From Trichosphaerium sp. ATCC 40318 (Eukaryota; Protista; Tubulinea), in contig JALMLS010000642.1 in NCBI GenBank assembly GCA_038496445.1, positions 1 to 64,000 on the forward strand: a stretch of DNA of 64,000 bases. The letters run 5' to 3'. Of the stretch, positions 24,401-39,319 are shown in pieces; the stretch's first letter is position 1; each line of letters starts with the position of its first letter. Made by a program: the position numbers and the translations under genes. The notes beneath the pieces were generated by a model, which was given only the letters and a program-made list of their open reading frames with translations, searched no databases and was not told where the DNA came from.

Positions 24401-26536
24401 CTCTTTATGCAGCTAAAATTGAAATCATGTACGATGTACATATGCCAATAGTAATAGAAACAATGGGTGCCATGATGTCTGATCCTAAAGCTTTATCTGG
24501 ATGCTTAAAATTTATGGCGAACACTTCTGAGAGTGAGTAGTTTTTTGTTCTAGCTAACATCCTAGCTTAACCGGTTTTTTTGCTAGATATAAAGATGGAT
24601 CGTAAAGGATTATCAGACTTAGTACATGATACACTTGTACAAGTTTTGAGTGATATTGATTCAAGAGACTCAAGTAGGAAAATTGCATTTCAAGGAACTC
24701 GACTCTTGGCCAGTTTGCCTTCATACAGTACGGAAAAGAAATAATGTTGAGTTTGATACTTTGCACGTGTACTGACATGCCGTTTAGAGTCTAATAAGGA
24801 TATAATATATGTTATACTCACTATGCTTCGTAAATACCTTGATAAGGTTACAGAACTTAAAGCGATTATACAACAAAAGAAGGGAAACAAAATGAACTAT
24901 TCACAAGAACAAAAGCAATTATCTGAGTTTGAGAAAACTTACACGTTTATCTGCAAAAAAGGTTTCACAATTTTATCCAAAATAATTCTATCTGATGGTA
25001 TGTATACATGGCATTTATGCCCTAGAAACAGTCATTTTGCCAATGATCACATAGCCTATAATGCATTTTAATAACAATATTACTCCTAGATTCTGCCGCT
25101 GGTATTGTCGCCAAATCAGTATCTAGTGAAGATAAACTGCTTATTCAAGACTTGTTGAAAGAAATGGAATCTACTCACGCTGATGGTAAGATATGGCTTA
25201 TCTTGATTTTCGCAGAGCAAATAAAGAGTTCAGAGCTAAGATCACGTTGTTTTGTTAGCATGACTTCCTTAAGTGGTAAGAACACATCTTTTTTCTTAAT
25301 TTATTTTGCTAACTACTTCCAAAAGAAGATAATGGTGATTTGGATGATAAAGTACTTCCTCTTGCTATCTCCAGCTGTGAAGAAATACTTCAAGATCAAG
25401 ATTGTCCGATATCTTTATTAGCACCAACGTTAGACTTTTTCGTCACTCTCTTGCAATGTATGTGAACAACTTTTTTCCTGTATTTTTCTTAAAACAAAAC
25501 CATGTTTTTAACGTGCTGAATATGCTCACTGGCTGTTGATACCAGTATACTTCGAACAACCTATATTCTGGATTATCTTAATCGGTTTTCTTAGTGATGA
25601 ACGATGGCAATAAAAGCACAATTATACAAAGCTTAATGGATCAGTTGGAAGTTAGAAGCAGAGAAAACCCTGTTCCAATCAAAACATTAACGAAACTACT
25701 GTATTCACTTAAAAGTATTATAAGTGCCAAGGAGGATGCTATTGTTGCGTTGAGTGAACGTTCAGGTATGTAACTTCAGACTACCTTCGTGGGTAGTCAA
25801 AAAAAAAAGACACAAAAATGATTTCTTTTGAAGGCACAAAAGAGTTATTGAAGACATTGCTTGAGATTTCGTTGAAATCAAAAAAGAATAAACACCCGTG
25901 CAGTGATGTTGCAGGAATAGTTCTTGATTTGATGGGATCTTTACATAGCGTTGGTAAGTACTTTAATTGTCACAAAAAGATGACGACATTCTTATTTATT
26001 TCTTCTTTTTTTTAAGGTGTTGTGTTGGACGCGAATTATCCTTTGTTTGTTTTCAAATGTGTTCAAGCTTTTACTTTATACAAAAACAACTTGCTAGTTG
26101 CATCAGGTATTACTTGGTTTGTAGTTTTTAGAAGCTATTCTAACTAGAAATCTAGGTGGACTCAAACTCTTCAGCAGTCTCTTGTCTGATCGTAAGTTTT
26201 GCTTCTCTTTTAATATTCTCTTTGTTCTTCTATAGAAACTAACTTCTATGGTTTTAGCACAATGTAAGATGGTATTGTTAGAAGAAAAAGTAGTTGAGGT
26301 AGTCGTTAATATGCTTCAAGAAAACCAGCACCGGATGTAAGTTTCTTTGTGCTTCTTTATTTATGTCAACAGCTTTTTCAAAAAAACCATGTCAATAGCT
26401 ATTTCTCAAGAATACAGTGCAGTGCCACTTTTGCACTGCGTTTGTTTTTCACAATTTTGTATCAGTTTGACTAAACGTGTTTAGGTTGGTTGTTGCAATG
26501 GTTGGATTTTTAGGTTCCTTTGCACAACAACAATAA
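21457..26536 (+). CDS. Tandem C2-domain protein with a long ARM/HEAT-like helical region, many short exons
   Basis: C2a: EKAKDLAAMDKGVSSDPYVKL...KTKVIKKTLNPSWKEKF. C2b: DIPAMDINGLSDAYIKIEF...IYDKDK|MDKDDLIG. Downstream exons are Leu-rich amphipathic helices; the repeat type is inferred. Confidence 0.7.
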
Positions 26537-26805
26537 GTAATGTTCTTATAAAGTCAATTAAAATACATGTTTAATTCATGCTTTAAAGCAAAACTAATAA
26601 AGTTCTAAGTGAATTATTACAGTAGCCACTTAGTATGAGGTCAGTGATGAAAATTAAGTTAGAAAACATTGGAGGCGCATGTAGGTTGATAGTGTGCACA
26701 TCAAATTGCTTCCTATACTCGCTAAGAAGACCACTAGAAATGAAGAGTCACGGAGCATCGAACAATGCTTAATTACAGTGTTTATTAGTTAGTGTCCACT
26801 TCAGT

Positions 26806-27420
26806 TTACAAAATACTGAACTGTGTTGATGGTTCAGTTGGAGGAGCAACAGTTGGTTGTAGAGTTGAAATGGTTATTGGAAATGTTGGAGCGTTTGTAG
26901 GTACTTCTGTTGGCGAGGTTGTTGTAGGAAGTGTTGGTGGTAGTGTTGTAGGAGGCAGTGTTGTTGGCACAAGTGTTGTAGGAGGAAAGGTTGTTGGCGC
27001 AAGTGTTGTAGGAGGAGGAGGAGGCATATTGAAAATGCATGATGACGTACCAGTAGGAATAGTCTGGTCAGGAATATCAAATCTAGAACATAATGTTAGT
27101 ATTCAAAGAATTAAAAGCTATCCAACTAACCCGAATGAATTTGAAGTAAAGATAGGTTCTGTTGGGTTGGTTGGAAAATCATATGATTGTAATGTAAATC
27201 CTACAATAAAAATTAAGATAACAACATGAAGGTAAAACGCTAGAAAATAGCAACAACTAGTTTTGCTTTGTATTTTTTTTTCCTTTGCCTAGCTACCTGT
27301 AACGACTGGAGAATCAAATGTACAATTTAGAATGTGTATACCATTAGTTTCAAATGGGGCTGTCGCAAAAAGAGTGAGGGTAAACGTTGTTGTGTCAATG
27401 TTAGCTGTCCAACTCTCCTC
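26806..27420 (-). other. Spliced fragment encoding a beta-rich segment and Pro/Thr mucin-like stalk; no start exon found
   Basis: Three exon-like pieces with canonical splice sites ending in MPPPPPTTLAPTTFPPTTLVPTTLPPTTLPPT (15-bp PTTLP repeats). Confidence 0.5.
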
Positions 27421-27524
27421 CTAAAAATGTAGCTACGATCTCGTTGGAATTATCAGACACTACGAAGTTTGTTGCGGAGCAAACACGTGTAAATATTGTT
27501 GACAAACGATCGTATTTACTATTG

Positions 27525-28989
27525 TTACACTTGTTGTAGTATTTTGAGCCACTCTGGGGCTAAATCAGTCTTTAGTTCATGAGCAATCGGCTTCTCCAAT
27601 AATCTCAACTCAAAAGGTCCTTCTGTCAGCACTTTCCTGTCTTTCTCCTACAGCAACAAAATAAGCAAAACGGCCGTCCAAAAAAATTATCATTTTCAAA
27701 GTTAATCGTATCACATGACACAATTCAAGGACATTTACTCCTTACCCAGTCAAATAAACCAGAACCTGTGCTATCTGCGTATTGGTTCAGTTCAAGAACA
27801 TGTACTTTGTCTCCATGCGCTATAAAATCAATGACATAATCTGATGTACCAAGATCTTTTGTTTCTTTGTTTGAAAGCAATCGAGCTTTAAAGACATCAT
27901 TATAAAATGTCAATATGAGTTTTCTCAAGTTTTCTCTTTGTTCAAGTAACTCAGGAAAGAAGCACTGTGTAAAGTATTGTGATACAGCAGTAAGTTCTCC
28001 TTTGTGGACAAAACCTACAATGTGGCGCATCAGTCAACTTGTTTCTGATTTAAAATTTGGCAAGTTTCGTTTCGTACCTCTGAACTCTGCGCTCAACGGA
28101 ATGTCTAGCCATGGCCTTATGATTATTTCAGTTGTGAAGTCATCAGGAAACTTCAAGTCAAGTTCAATATCAAACAAAATTCGCTTACTGAGAACAAACA
28201 ACTCAAGCGCTTCTCTAAAATTGCTGACCTAAAAACGCAATCAAAGAATGTTGCACTTGAAGACCTTACCTTCATGCAATCAATCTGCGCTTTATATAAC
28301 GCGCACAACTTACTGTTTGCTCTTAAGACTTTGTCTTCTTCATCCTTCTTGGCGCTTGGGTTCTTGTTAAACAAGTTGAAAGTCTTCGGATGTCTAAAAG
28401 TCACCTAAAAAAACAACCAGTAAGCATTTGACGATATCCACGTGACTCACATCTTTAGCACTTCTGCATGACAATTTTATCATTACACCAGAACAATCTC
28501 CAAGCCTTTTATCATTAACAAGAATATCAACGTCCTTCTCTAGCTTTGACAAGTGTTCATCAAATTTTTCTTTCGACAGGTCAACTTCTTTACTTTTTTG
28601 GTGTTGTTTACAAAGAGCCAGTAACGATTTTCCTTCTTCGACCGTAAGAGGACGTGATAACGTTGTAGGCGTCTCCTAAGCGATATTAATATCAAATATC
28701 TATTTTTGAGTCCGCGCCTCGGGCTGTTTGAACAAGAAGACCCTGGAAAACGTATGAGTAGTCATTGGAGAGTATTATCGTACCATTTCTCCATTGTTGT
28801 GTTGAAATAGCTCTCTTTTAGTTTTTGAACCTCTTCTGGCGTTTGTATATTACTCTCCACGCGCATTGGAAGCTTTTTAACTACCTAAAGCGTAATTTAA
28901 GCCAATACGAATCCTACACCCTTTGTATGTACCGTTTCCACTTTATTTTGCGTCATCTTAGCTCTCTTTAAAGCGCTGGCATTAAACAT
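27525..28989 (-). CDS. Cdc123/D123-like ATP-grasp protein, multi-exon
   Basis: KLSCRSAKD motif, DIPLSAEFR|GFVHKGELTAVSQY, DYVIDF...VLELNQYADSTGSGLFDW|EKDRKVL. Confidence 0.8.
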
Positions 28990-30693
28990 TGCTTGTATTG
29001 TATGTTTTACTTGTTTGTGGTACCTAACACAAGTTTTGACTTCGTTGAAATTTCAGCGTATTTTGGGTAATTTCTTTCGCTTTGTATTGTTTCTCTGTCA
29101 ATAAGTCGTTATATCATCCTTCTAGCAAACAGAGCTAGAATGAGGAGATAATATTTCTCTTCGATGACTTCACCACAAGCGGATGTACAAAACCTTGGTC
29201 AAGTACGAAAAATGTGCTCCCTTTGTTTTTTAAAATTAGGGACTATTTTTGTAAGCGGTTCACACATCTTATATCAATGCTTTAGCGTGTGTTAATGTAT
29301 CTCTAGAACGAATGGCTCTATTGTTATGTTCTAAGTGTGAAATAAATTATTTACTTTTTTACATGTTTTTTGGCGTATTTTTTTAATACATAGCTAAAAA
29401 AGCTTCAATCGAGCTTCATTGAGAATAAACAGATGGTTCGAGCCTGGAATCATCATAAACGGCTCTTGCAAATAAATTTATGCGTTATGGGCTAAAATAA
29501 AGCTTATGGTACCACAATATGAACGTGTATGTACAATGTACCTTTAAACGACGTTTATCGCTCGGAAAACGCTTAAAACGTTGGTTTGCTGTGTTAATAT
29601 TGTAGTCAAATCGAGTTCCCCAATACCGATGTAGGGCAAGCGTGTACAAGCGTTTAAATGGCGTACATACATTTAATAGCTATTTGACATATGTTAAGAA
29701 GGGTTTCAAGTCTGTACAGCCTTGCGTAATCTGTAAATTCCAATATTCCGTACTCCATTTACCTTAAGCAGTTTTACATTTTATGAAATACCATGAGTTA
29801 TTGAAGGTCCTGTACTCTTTGAAAGTATAGTCCATACACTGTATATGATACAGCATAAATTTCAGCAATAGTTAAACAATTGTAGCAGCATAGTTTCAAA
29901 GAAACTGTTTTTGGTAAGTACTGAAGTATCTCCATGTAAAAAGTAAGTTCTGTCTCTAAAACTTCTGTAGTGGTAAAACATAACTACAGCAAGCTGTATG
30001 GACCTCTGATTCAATAAAATACCAAGCAAGAGTGAGTATTTTGACATTTTCATTTAAATATTATATTCATCAACTTCTATGAAAAAGTAACCTCCGTGTT
30101 TTGATACCTAAATTATCAAATACTCTATAACTGCTGATAGGTAGACAATGGTTTATTGAGCACCTGCTTCCAAAAGGAAAGATTTGAAAAAGGTATCTGT
30201 GGGTTAGAATGATTGTTCAAAACAATGACCAATTTACAGCAATCAGGTATAGAGACTGGTGATGATAGCTTTATGTGGAACACTAAAAGTGATAAAAAAT
30301 GCATGAAACGACAGAATGTAATCCTTAATCACTACGGTGTTCTAGAATTACCTGCAAAACATGGTGGTGTTAGAGGAGAAGAATATGATCCCAGGCAGAA
30401 AAAACTCGTTTTTGGATTCAATGAAATAGTTGATTGAAGTACACTATTAATTACCAGCAAGTTCTGGTGCAACCAAATTGTAGACACAAATGTGCTCTGA
30501 AGCATACCCAAAATTTGGCCAAAAATAACGTTTTTGAGGTGTGCTAGACTTTTTTTGAAAGTGTGAACTGCTTACAAAAATCGTCCCTAGTTGTGTTTAT
30601 TTTACATTATTTACTTTTTACCATAAAGGTTTGTCCATCACAGTATCCTATTTATAAATAAATTACAAAGCGTTCTTTATCAATAAAAAATTA

Positions 30694-33609
30694 CTAATTA
30701 CTAACCTCTAGAGGTGACCATATTAAGTTCGGATCATCTAGGCTAGGACCAACTGAGTCAACATTGAAACCATCTTGAGATGTATAAGGCATATTTGATT
30801 CAGCGCCTTCTTGAGGTGTATAAGGTGTATTTGATTCTCGGCCATCTTGGGATGTATAAGACATAGGTGATACTGGATAACCACCAGGTGAGGGCATGAG
30901 AAATGGTGGAAAGAACTACAATGCTTCTGTTAACATACTTTTTCTACAAATTTCAAAGAATAAATGACAGACATCATTTGTACCTCAGTTTCGTTTTGTG
31001 GTATTAAGCTTAGTGGTGGGGATTGTGGTAGTACTATTTGATTACTCATGCTCGGCACGTTTGCTATAACAGGTTTTGCATGAACACAGAAGCAACCAAA
31101 AGGTATGAAAATAGCATCTTGCAATGCGATAAGTTTTTTGATTGCTTCAGGTGAATCGATAACACCAGGCTGATAAGACTCTGTGACAGTACAATTTCCT
31201 TCTCTGTCTAGTTTACGTAATAAATCGCTAATCTTGGTACCTTCCCAAAACATAAAATGAGGGCAGAACTCATCACCCTCCTTATTTATATTTGGAATTC
31301 GAGCCAAAATCATATCATGTTTAGGCCTCTGGTATTTCATGCTCAAAAACAACTACATGTATGTTAGTATTATATTCTAAAACGTGATGTTTTAAATGTA
31401 ATTTAAACATACCCTGAATACCATTCTTGCCAGTGGCCATCTTTTTTAAAGGTAAAGTTAGATTCATGTTTATCAAAAAAAAAGTTGGTTGTGTACTTTT
31501 TCGCCGAGGCTTTGATGTGGTTTAGACAAAATAAGAATTCTTCTGCTGAATCGAGCTGAGCAAATGTCTATAAAAAAACCCAGTCAACAACAACGTTCAT
31601 AAGGGCCAATTGAGGCTGAACACAAAATTACTTCATAAGCAAGGTTCTCGCTTGTTTTCATATCCTTACTAAATATGTGCTTATGCACGTACCTCAATAA
31701 GTAACTTGACTGCAAGAAGCATTGAAACTGCGTTCTTATTTACTTCACTTAAGTACTCTACACCTTTTTTGGCAAGCTGAATAGTAAAGTAAACAAAAGC
31801 ACGTGAAGTAAAATTAATCGCAAAAAACAAAGGTTGACGTACTTTGTATGCTTCTAAACGATTTCCTTCGCATAAAAGAAACTTGGCTTTAGACAAGTGG
31901 GTCATTATGTTAATATGAATACCCATATGACCAGTATTAATTGATTGGACTTGCATTAATCTCAACTAAAATAGTTTTTTAAGTTAGCATGTTACGCTGG
32001 TTTTATGCCATCTGTATCGTACCATGCAATGCGACTTTTGAGAAAAACTCAGTGGTTTCTTTGCCACCAAAGCATTGGATGTCTGTTAGAAAAGTTAAAT
32101 GAGGTACAACTTAATAAAGAAGAAGTAGAAACTATTTTTCTTCTTTTATTCTTACTTACCTTAATATAAACTTTGGTGAGCAGACATATGACCAGAAGCT
32201 GCTTATCAACCAGAGAGAGCCGGCTTACATCACCTATCAACTATGTTATAATTCCAACCGTATTACGTTTTTTAGGTATACCTCCACAAGAAGCTAAAAT
32301 ATCTGTAACTGTTTTTTCAAACAATTTTTTGCGTTTTACAATGCACATGAATTTACGCTCTTGCCACATGATTACACGAAGTAAGGTCCGTTCTTCTTCG
32401 CATGTAGGATCTAAGACGTTTTATAAGTACTATTTTAAGTATTTGATCTTGTGCAACACACCAAAGGAGTTTGATTGTTTACAAAGCTCAATAGTTTGAC
32501 TTGCTTTTTTTGTAAGCGCATTTGCTTTAGTATGCTCTCCGTTTAAAAAATACATCATGCTCATAACCGTCTCCCCAGCTATAATAGACTGATTAGTAAA
32601 CGTAATCACATAAGATTAAAATTCTACCTGCAACATCAGGGTGAGCAGTCAGTGTCAACTTATTTTTGAAGTCGTTAGCCATATCCTCGAATTTTGATCT
32701 TGCTGAATGATCGCCTGTAACAAACGCACCCATTGCAGCAGTTGCAAAAGCATGATATGAAGTTGGAGACACTAAAAAAACATTTTAGGGCAATCTCCTT
32801 TAGTTGATTGTAAAACACGTGATAATTGACTATTACACAGAATAAAAAAAAATTAGTACCTTTTCTAAGTGGGTTTTTGCTTAGACGAGTTGGAAGCAAC
32901 ACATGAGCGATTATAGAAGATTGACTACTATGTATAGCGTCTATATAATGTAATACAATAGATGAATTCATCTTTGAGGATTCATAAATTAGTTTAACAA
33001 TAAACAAAGTTCACACGTGATTTTGGTAACGTAAGCAATCAATAAACAATTAAAAAAGAGAAAAGAATGTGTACCATTTTAAACTCGTTTATAGAGGGAG
33101 ACCTTGTTACTAATGTAGTAATAGGGGATGGTGAGTCTTTTAACTGCGTTATCTCTTTTTTTTGTTCTTCTATTAACTTCTCTAGCAGCTTTATCTTATC
33201 TTCATACTTCTTACGGTAACCTATTAAACAATTAAACGATAAGTCTTATACCCCAAATTTTTCTGTCTTTAGAAAATAAACTTTGGTTGAGAAACGTGTT
33301 GTTAACGTTAAACAACAACAAAACACTACATATTGGGTAAAAAAGCTGTTTGTTCAGCAGAAAACAATCGATCACCTGGACGAGGCCCGCGTTTCTTTAG
33401 AGGTACGTAAACGCATTTAGTATCAGCACGCCAACAATTACAACAAGGTTGCCCTTAAATACCCATTAATGCTTTGAGTACTTATGATAAAGCGTGATTT
33501 ATGGTTAAAAAGTGCCATTACCTCCATCACACTTTTCATGTTTTTCGCGGCACTGTAAACATGTTTTCTTTGGTGCTCTTTTCCTTTTCGAAACGCTTTG
33601 GACAATCAT
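30694..33609 (-). CDS. Zn(II)2Cys6 binuclear-cluster transcription factor, multi-exon (start may lie up to about 140 nt further upstream)
   Basis: KRKRAPKKTCLQCREKHEKCDG|GQPCCNCWRADTKCVYVPLKKRGPRPG, followed by a coiled coil, a helical middle region and a Pro/Ser/acidic tail. Confidence 0.85.
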
Positions 33610-34008
33610 AGAGGACTTTCTCTGTACTACTGACGGTTTAATAAATATCCGCAAGCTACCTTAATCTATATACCCGATTAAGTCTCTCGGGTTTCCATAA
33701 CGAGTATAGCGTTATATCATACCACATGTGTCGGTTGTCTGACATTTATTGTCTTTTTTTATTAACAAGGACACAAGGCTCTAGGTACGTAAGACTCAAT
33801 AACACAACGCACAAATCACTACACCTGAAATCGCTTCAAATTATCAGAATACACTAAATCATGCTCTTTTTTTGAATGAGGTTAATTTATTACGCTATTG
33901 CACTGTATATACAATAAAAAAAAATCAATACTGATTCTAATGACTTCTGATGAGCCATGATGAGGTTGCTCTGTCATAGTTTAAGAATAAAACTTAAAAA
34001 ACGTTTTT

Positions 34009-35258
<1,250 letters not shown>

Positions 35259-35446
35259 CGGAGCTATAAAGGCAAGCAGTCTCTTGGCAGAAGTACTCGT
35301 AAAGTCAAGCAAGTGACAATTCTACTCAGTTACTCTTCAGTTAAGGATTTTTTGCGCACGGAACGCATGAAAGCGTACTCTACATGAAAATTTAAATACT
35401 ACAAGCGTTATCTTAGCTCAAACCCGGACATATTTAACTGGGAAGT
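35259..35446. promoter_or_regulatory. Compact bidirectional promoter region between NUDT21 and the RBR ligase
   Basis: Divergent start codons are only about 190 bp apart. Confidence 0.55.
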
Positions 35447-36842
35447 ATGGAAAAAGAAACAAGCAAATCCGACGTATCGGACGCTTCCTCCATGCATGGG
35501 AGCACAAAAAGTGACACCGAAGAGTCGTTAATAATTGACATGAACACTAACTCTGAATGCCCTATTTGTTGTTTGGAACCCGAAAACGGACTTATAAGTC
35601 TCACCTGCGATCATAATTACTGTAATGAGGTACAACAATAATTCTGTTTTTAACTACGAAGCAATTAACAGTACAAAGTGTCTGAGCGTATTCGTGCGTA
35701 TAAAATACAGAGAAGATAACGTTCTAGACATTCCTTGCCCAGACCCTACATGCAAACATTTATTAACAAACGAAGAGGTGCGGTAAAACCTTTAGAATAC
35801 CAGAGGTAACAAAGGAAATAGGTAGCGCCGTATTTAGGTGAACAGGAAAACAGAAAGTTTAAAATGAAGCGAAAACGGCAGCATATGCGCACTAATCCTG
35901 ATTGTAAATGGTACCAAAGCGAAATAATTCTGTTTACGCTTTTTTTCAAAAAACGCGTAAAAAATTTTCCAAACCAACCTTTCAATACATTGAGTACTTA
36001 CAACATACTACCCAGGTGTCCTGAATGTGACATGGAAAATTTAAAGGTAGATAATGAACGAGATATTGAGTGTGCCTATTGCGAAACATCATATTGTTTT
36101 CAATGTGGTTTAAAGTCTCATCCTGGTGAACCTTGTGATGCTGACGAGATGTTTGAGCAGTATGCCAGTGAGATGAACATTAAGAAGTGTCCTAAATGTG
36201 GCCTGGCGTACGTTGACATGCGTTGTTTATTCAACGATTAATTATAATTTGTCTTGCAGTGATATTTGCGTTTGAATGCGTTTTTCGCGTTTTTACCATA
36301 ATCACTTTTTGGCGGTTTATTTCTGCATTTCTTGTCTTGTTACTTGCTTATTATCATCACTAGAACTCAAAAAAATAGTGGATGTAATTCTATGGATTGT
36401 AAAAGGTGTGGCGCCGAGTGGTGTTGGGTTTGTGGTGATGAGATAACAGATCCATTTACGCACTACAGAAAAGGTACGATTTTTTTTTTGTTGAAACACT
36501 TTTCTCATAAACCCACGTGATATGCACGCTTTTGTGTTTAACGTGAAGCGTATTGTTTCAAAGTGTATTTTAACAAAATATTTAGGTGCTTGTAAAGGAA
36601 AATCAGGGCATAGTTCGGGTGAATGGATAGGTATTTGGTCTGTGGCTATTTGTATTTTGTGTGTTGGTATTATTTGCCTTCCAGTCACAATCATTGCTAT
36701 AATAGTTTATGCGTGTTGTTGTGCGAAAAAGAAGCCAGCTAGAAAGCCTCTTTGGTCTGCAGATGATGACACAGTTATTATTGATACAGAAGCAATACAA
36801 GAGAATCTTCCTCACGTGGAAACACGTGTGGAAACTTTGTAA
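35447..36842 (+). CDS. RBR (RING-IBR-RING) E3 ubiquitin ligase with C-terminal TM helix (RNF144/RNF217-like architecture)
   Basis: RING1 CPICC...CDHNYCNE|C...CPDPTC; IBR CPEC...CAYCETSYCFQCGLKSHPGEPC; RING2 KKCPKC...GCNSMDCKRCGAEWCWVC; hydrophobic segment IWSVAICILCVGIICLPVTIIAIIVY. Confidence 0.9.
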
Positions 36843-37130
36843 AAAAAAAAAACTTAATTCGAGAAAATCAAAGCGGGATGCCTGGAGAAACCTCTTGAAC
36901 CCTTCCGACCGCCTTTTTTAAAAATGTACAGAACAATATTATTTTTGTAAACTGATGTTATTGGTTTATTTTCTTCTTGGGGTTAGCGTTTGAGGCTTGT
37001 TTCTAAGGTGGAAAGAAATTTGTAGAGTGAGATTTTGTTGGAGTGAACAGAAATTGTAGAATGCCAAAATGTGCGTCGTAGCCGAGTTTGGTCTTTGTCA
37101 GTTGACTATTCTTGGGCTTTATAGTTTACA

Positions 37131-39161
37131 ATGACTCGTGTTGGCTTTGTTTTGCTGGCTGTTACGTTTCTTTGCTTGTCTGATGCTCAAATACTTAGTA
37201 ATATCACTCAGATTATTAGATCTGAAGGATACGTATGGTTTTTTGATTTCAAGCGCTTATTGTTAACGTATCTACTAGCCAGCAGAAATACACAAAGTGC
37301 AAACAGCGGATGGCTATATCCTTACCATGAATGTACGTCTTACAATACATACAAGCCGTTAACGGCACTTGGCCAACATTTACAACACCGAACTTTCCAT
37401 TTCCTCATTTTTTTTTTAAAATAGCGCGTGCCTCACGGGAAATCATCCACTAAGGCGTCTAAAGGAGCTGTATTATTTCAACACGGATTATTCGATTCAT
37501 CGCACGTTTTAAAGCTATTAATCACGTTCTTATGATGAAGTTAGGTTCGCAGGTGTATGTAATCCTCCTCCTGAAGGCCTTGCTTACTTTTTCGCTGATG
37601 CCGGATACGACGTTTGGTAAAGTCTTTCCAGAAGACCCAAGTGTACTTACCGGATTGTTATAAATAGGTTGGGTAATAATAGAGGGAATGGTATTAGTAT
37701 GGAACATGTGAAATATACACCAAAGGATAAAGAGTTTTGGGATTTTTCGTACGACAATTTTGTTTTTGATTGTAATTTTTTTGATCTGACATCCTTCAGG
37801 TGGGATGATATGGGTCAATATGATCTTCCAGCACAATTAGATTATATCATTAAAACAACCGGACAAAAGAAAATACCATACATGGGCCACAGTCAGGCAC
37901 AAAGACTAAAAATAATCAAGATGTATTAATTTTATATGCAGGGAACCGTTCAAGCTTTTTCCGGGTTTTTGAACCCATCAACTGCTGAAAAGGCTTCCAT
38001 TTTTGTTGCTTTAGCACCTGTTGCTTGGGTAAATCATATAACAGCAAAGCTAATGAGAACTCTTGGTGAATTAGACCTCAGCCAACTACTTGAGGTTTTA
38101 GGGTATGTTTTTTATTATTTTTTTTATTCTTACGACCACGTGTCTTTCTTCTTACGATTTCTCTACATTATAGAGTACACGAAGTTGATATCCCTACGCT
38201 TATACATCACTTTTTCCCTGATCTCTGCGACGTTGATCCATCGTGAGTTTTTCGTCAAGTTTCTTTACACTGAAGTTTTGAATGAAACTAACTTTTATTT
38301 AGCGCATGTGAGTTCGTTTTAATAGCTTTCGCTGGTGACTTTACATACAAGAATGCTAGTCAAATTCCATTTTATGTAAATTTTGAACCTAGCCCAACAT
38401 CAACGAAAAATTTGATTCACTGGTACGCTTTTCACCTCTTAACATTTCTTCGTGTTAACTAAAAAATCACATGATATTGATGAGTGATGAACTACACTAT
38501 AAATTCGAGCTAAGGATAGCTCTTTTTTGGTTATTTATTACGTGCAAAATCACGTGTTGTGTTCGCTCGGAACAGAGTTACATTCGGTTCTGGTTTTTTA
38601 TGTTGATGTTCTAACTTGTTTATTATTTAGGACTCAAGGTGTTAAAGAGAATGTATTTCAAAAGTATGACTATGGCGACCTTAAGAACTTGGAAAAATAC
38701 CATCAACTAAGACCGCCTGCTTATGATCTATCTAAGTTTCCAACAAGTCTACCTGTCGCTTTGTTTACAGGAAGTATTGATGCTTTGGGTACTATCTTAA
38801 GCGTTATTTAAGTCTATTTCTTCTAATTGCTCTAGCTGATCCAAACGATGTCAAACAGATTCTAGACCATTTACCAATAAAGCCATTTGTCCATAATGAA
38901 CCGGTACGTCTTTTCATTATTTTCGAAAGTACTTTGCTTCCAAATGCGAACAAGATCAATTCAAGATGTTGACTATCTGGCTTTGTTTCATTTTTTTGGC
39001 TTCTTTTTTTTTGTTTCATTTTTCTTGGCTTGCTAACAATATTGTAGACTTTCGGTCATCTTGATTTCACTCTTGGCTATACAGCGTATGAGAAGGTTTA
39101 TTCAGTTGCAATGAAACAGATTGAGGCAGCGAATGCTAAACTTAAAATTAGCATTGAATAG
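37131..39161 (+). CDS. Lysosomal/gastric acid lipase family (alpha/beta hydrolase), secreted
   Basis: Signal peptide; TADGYIL, QHGLFDSS, LAYFFADAGYDVWLGNNRGN, FWDFSWDDMGQYDLPA, catalytic GHSQ|G, D-A-L-A-D and FGHLDF. Confidence 0.95.
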
Positions 39162-39319
39162 TGCTTGTAATAAAGAACGCCTACGAGTTAAAAATGGTAT
39201 GTGTTAAGGAATACGCTGTTTTGGGCACCTATTAAAACCAGATTCTGGCGTGTTTAATACTAAGTTGATTTTTAAAACATTATATTTATTGCGGAGATAA
39301 AACAAGTAATGAGATAGCC

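Noticed and set aside
26792-27229. Gly/Val-rich plus-strand ORFs here and at 40004-40279 and 51138-51530
   Set aside because: Antisense shadows of Pro/Thr- or Lys/Ser-rich coding sequence on the other strand.
29000-30650. Possible transposon or gene in this long intergenic gap, and likewise in 40750-43000 and 49700-50300
   Set aside because: Only short ORFs; I found no transposase or RT motifs, terminal repeats or consistent exon chain.
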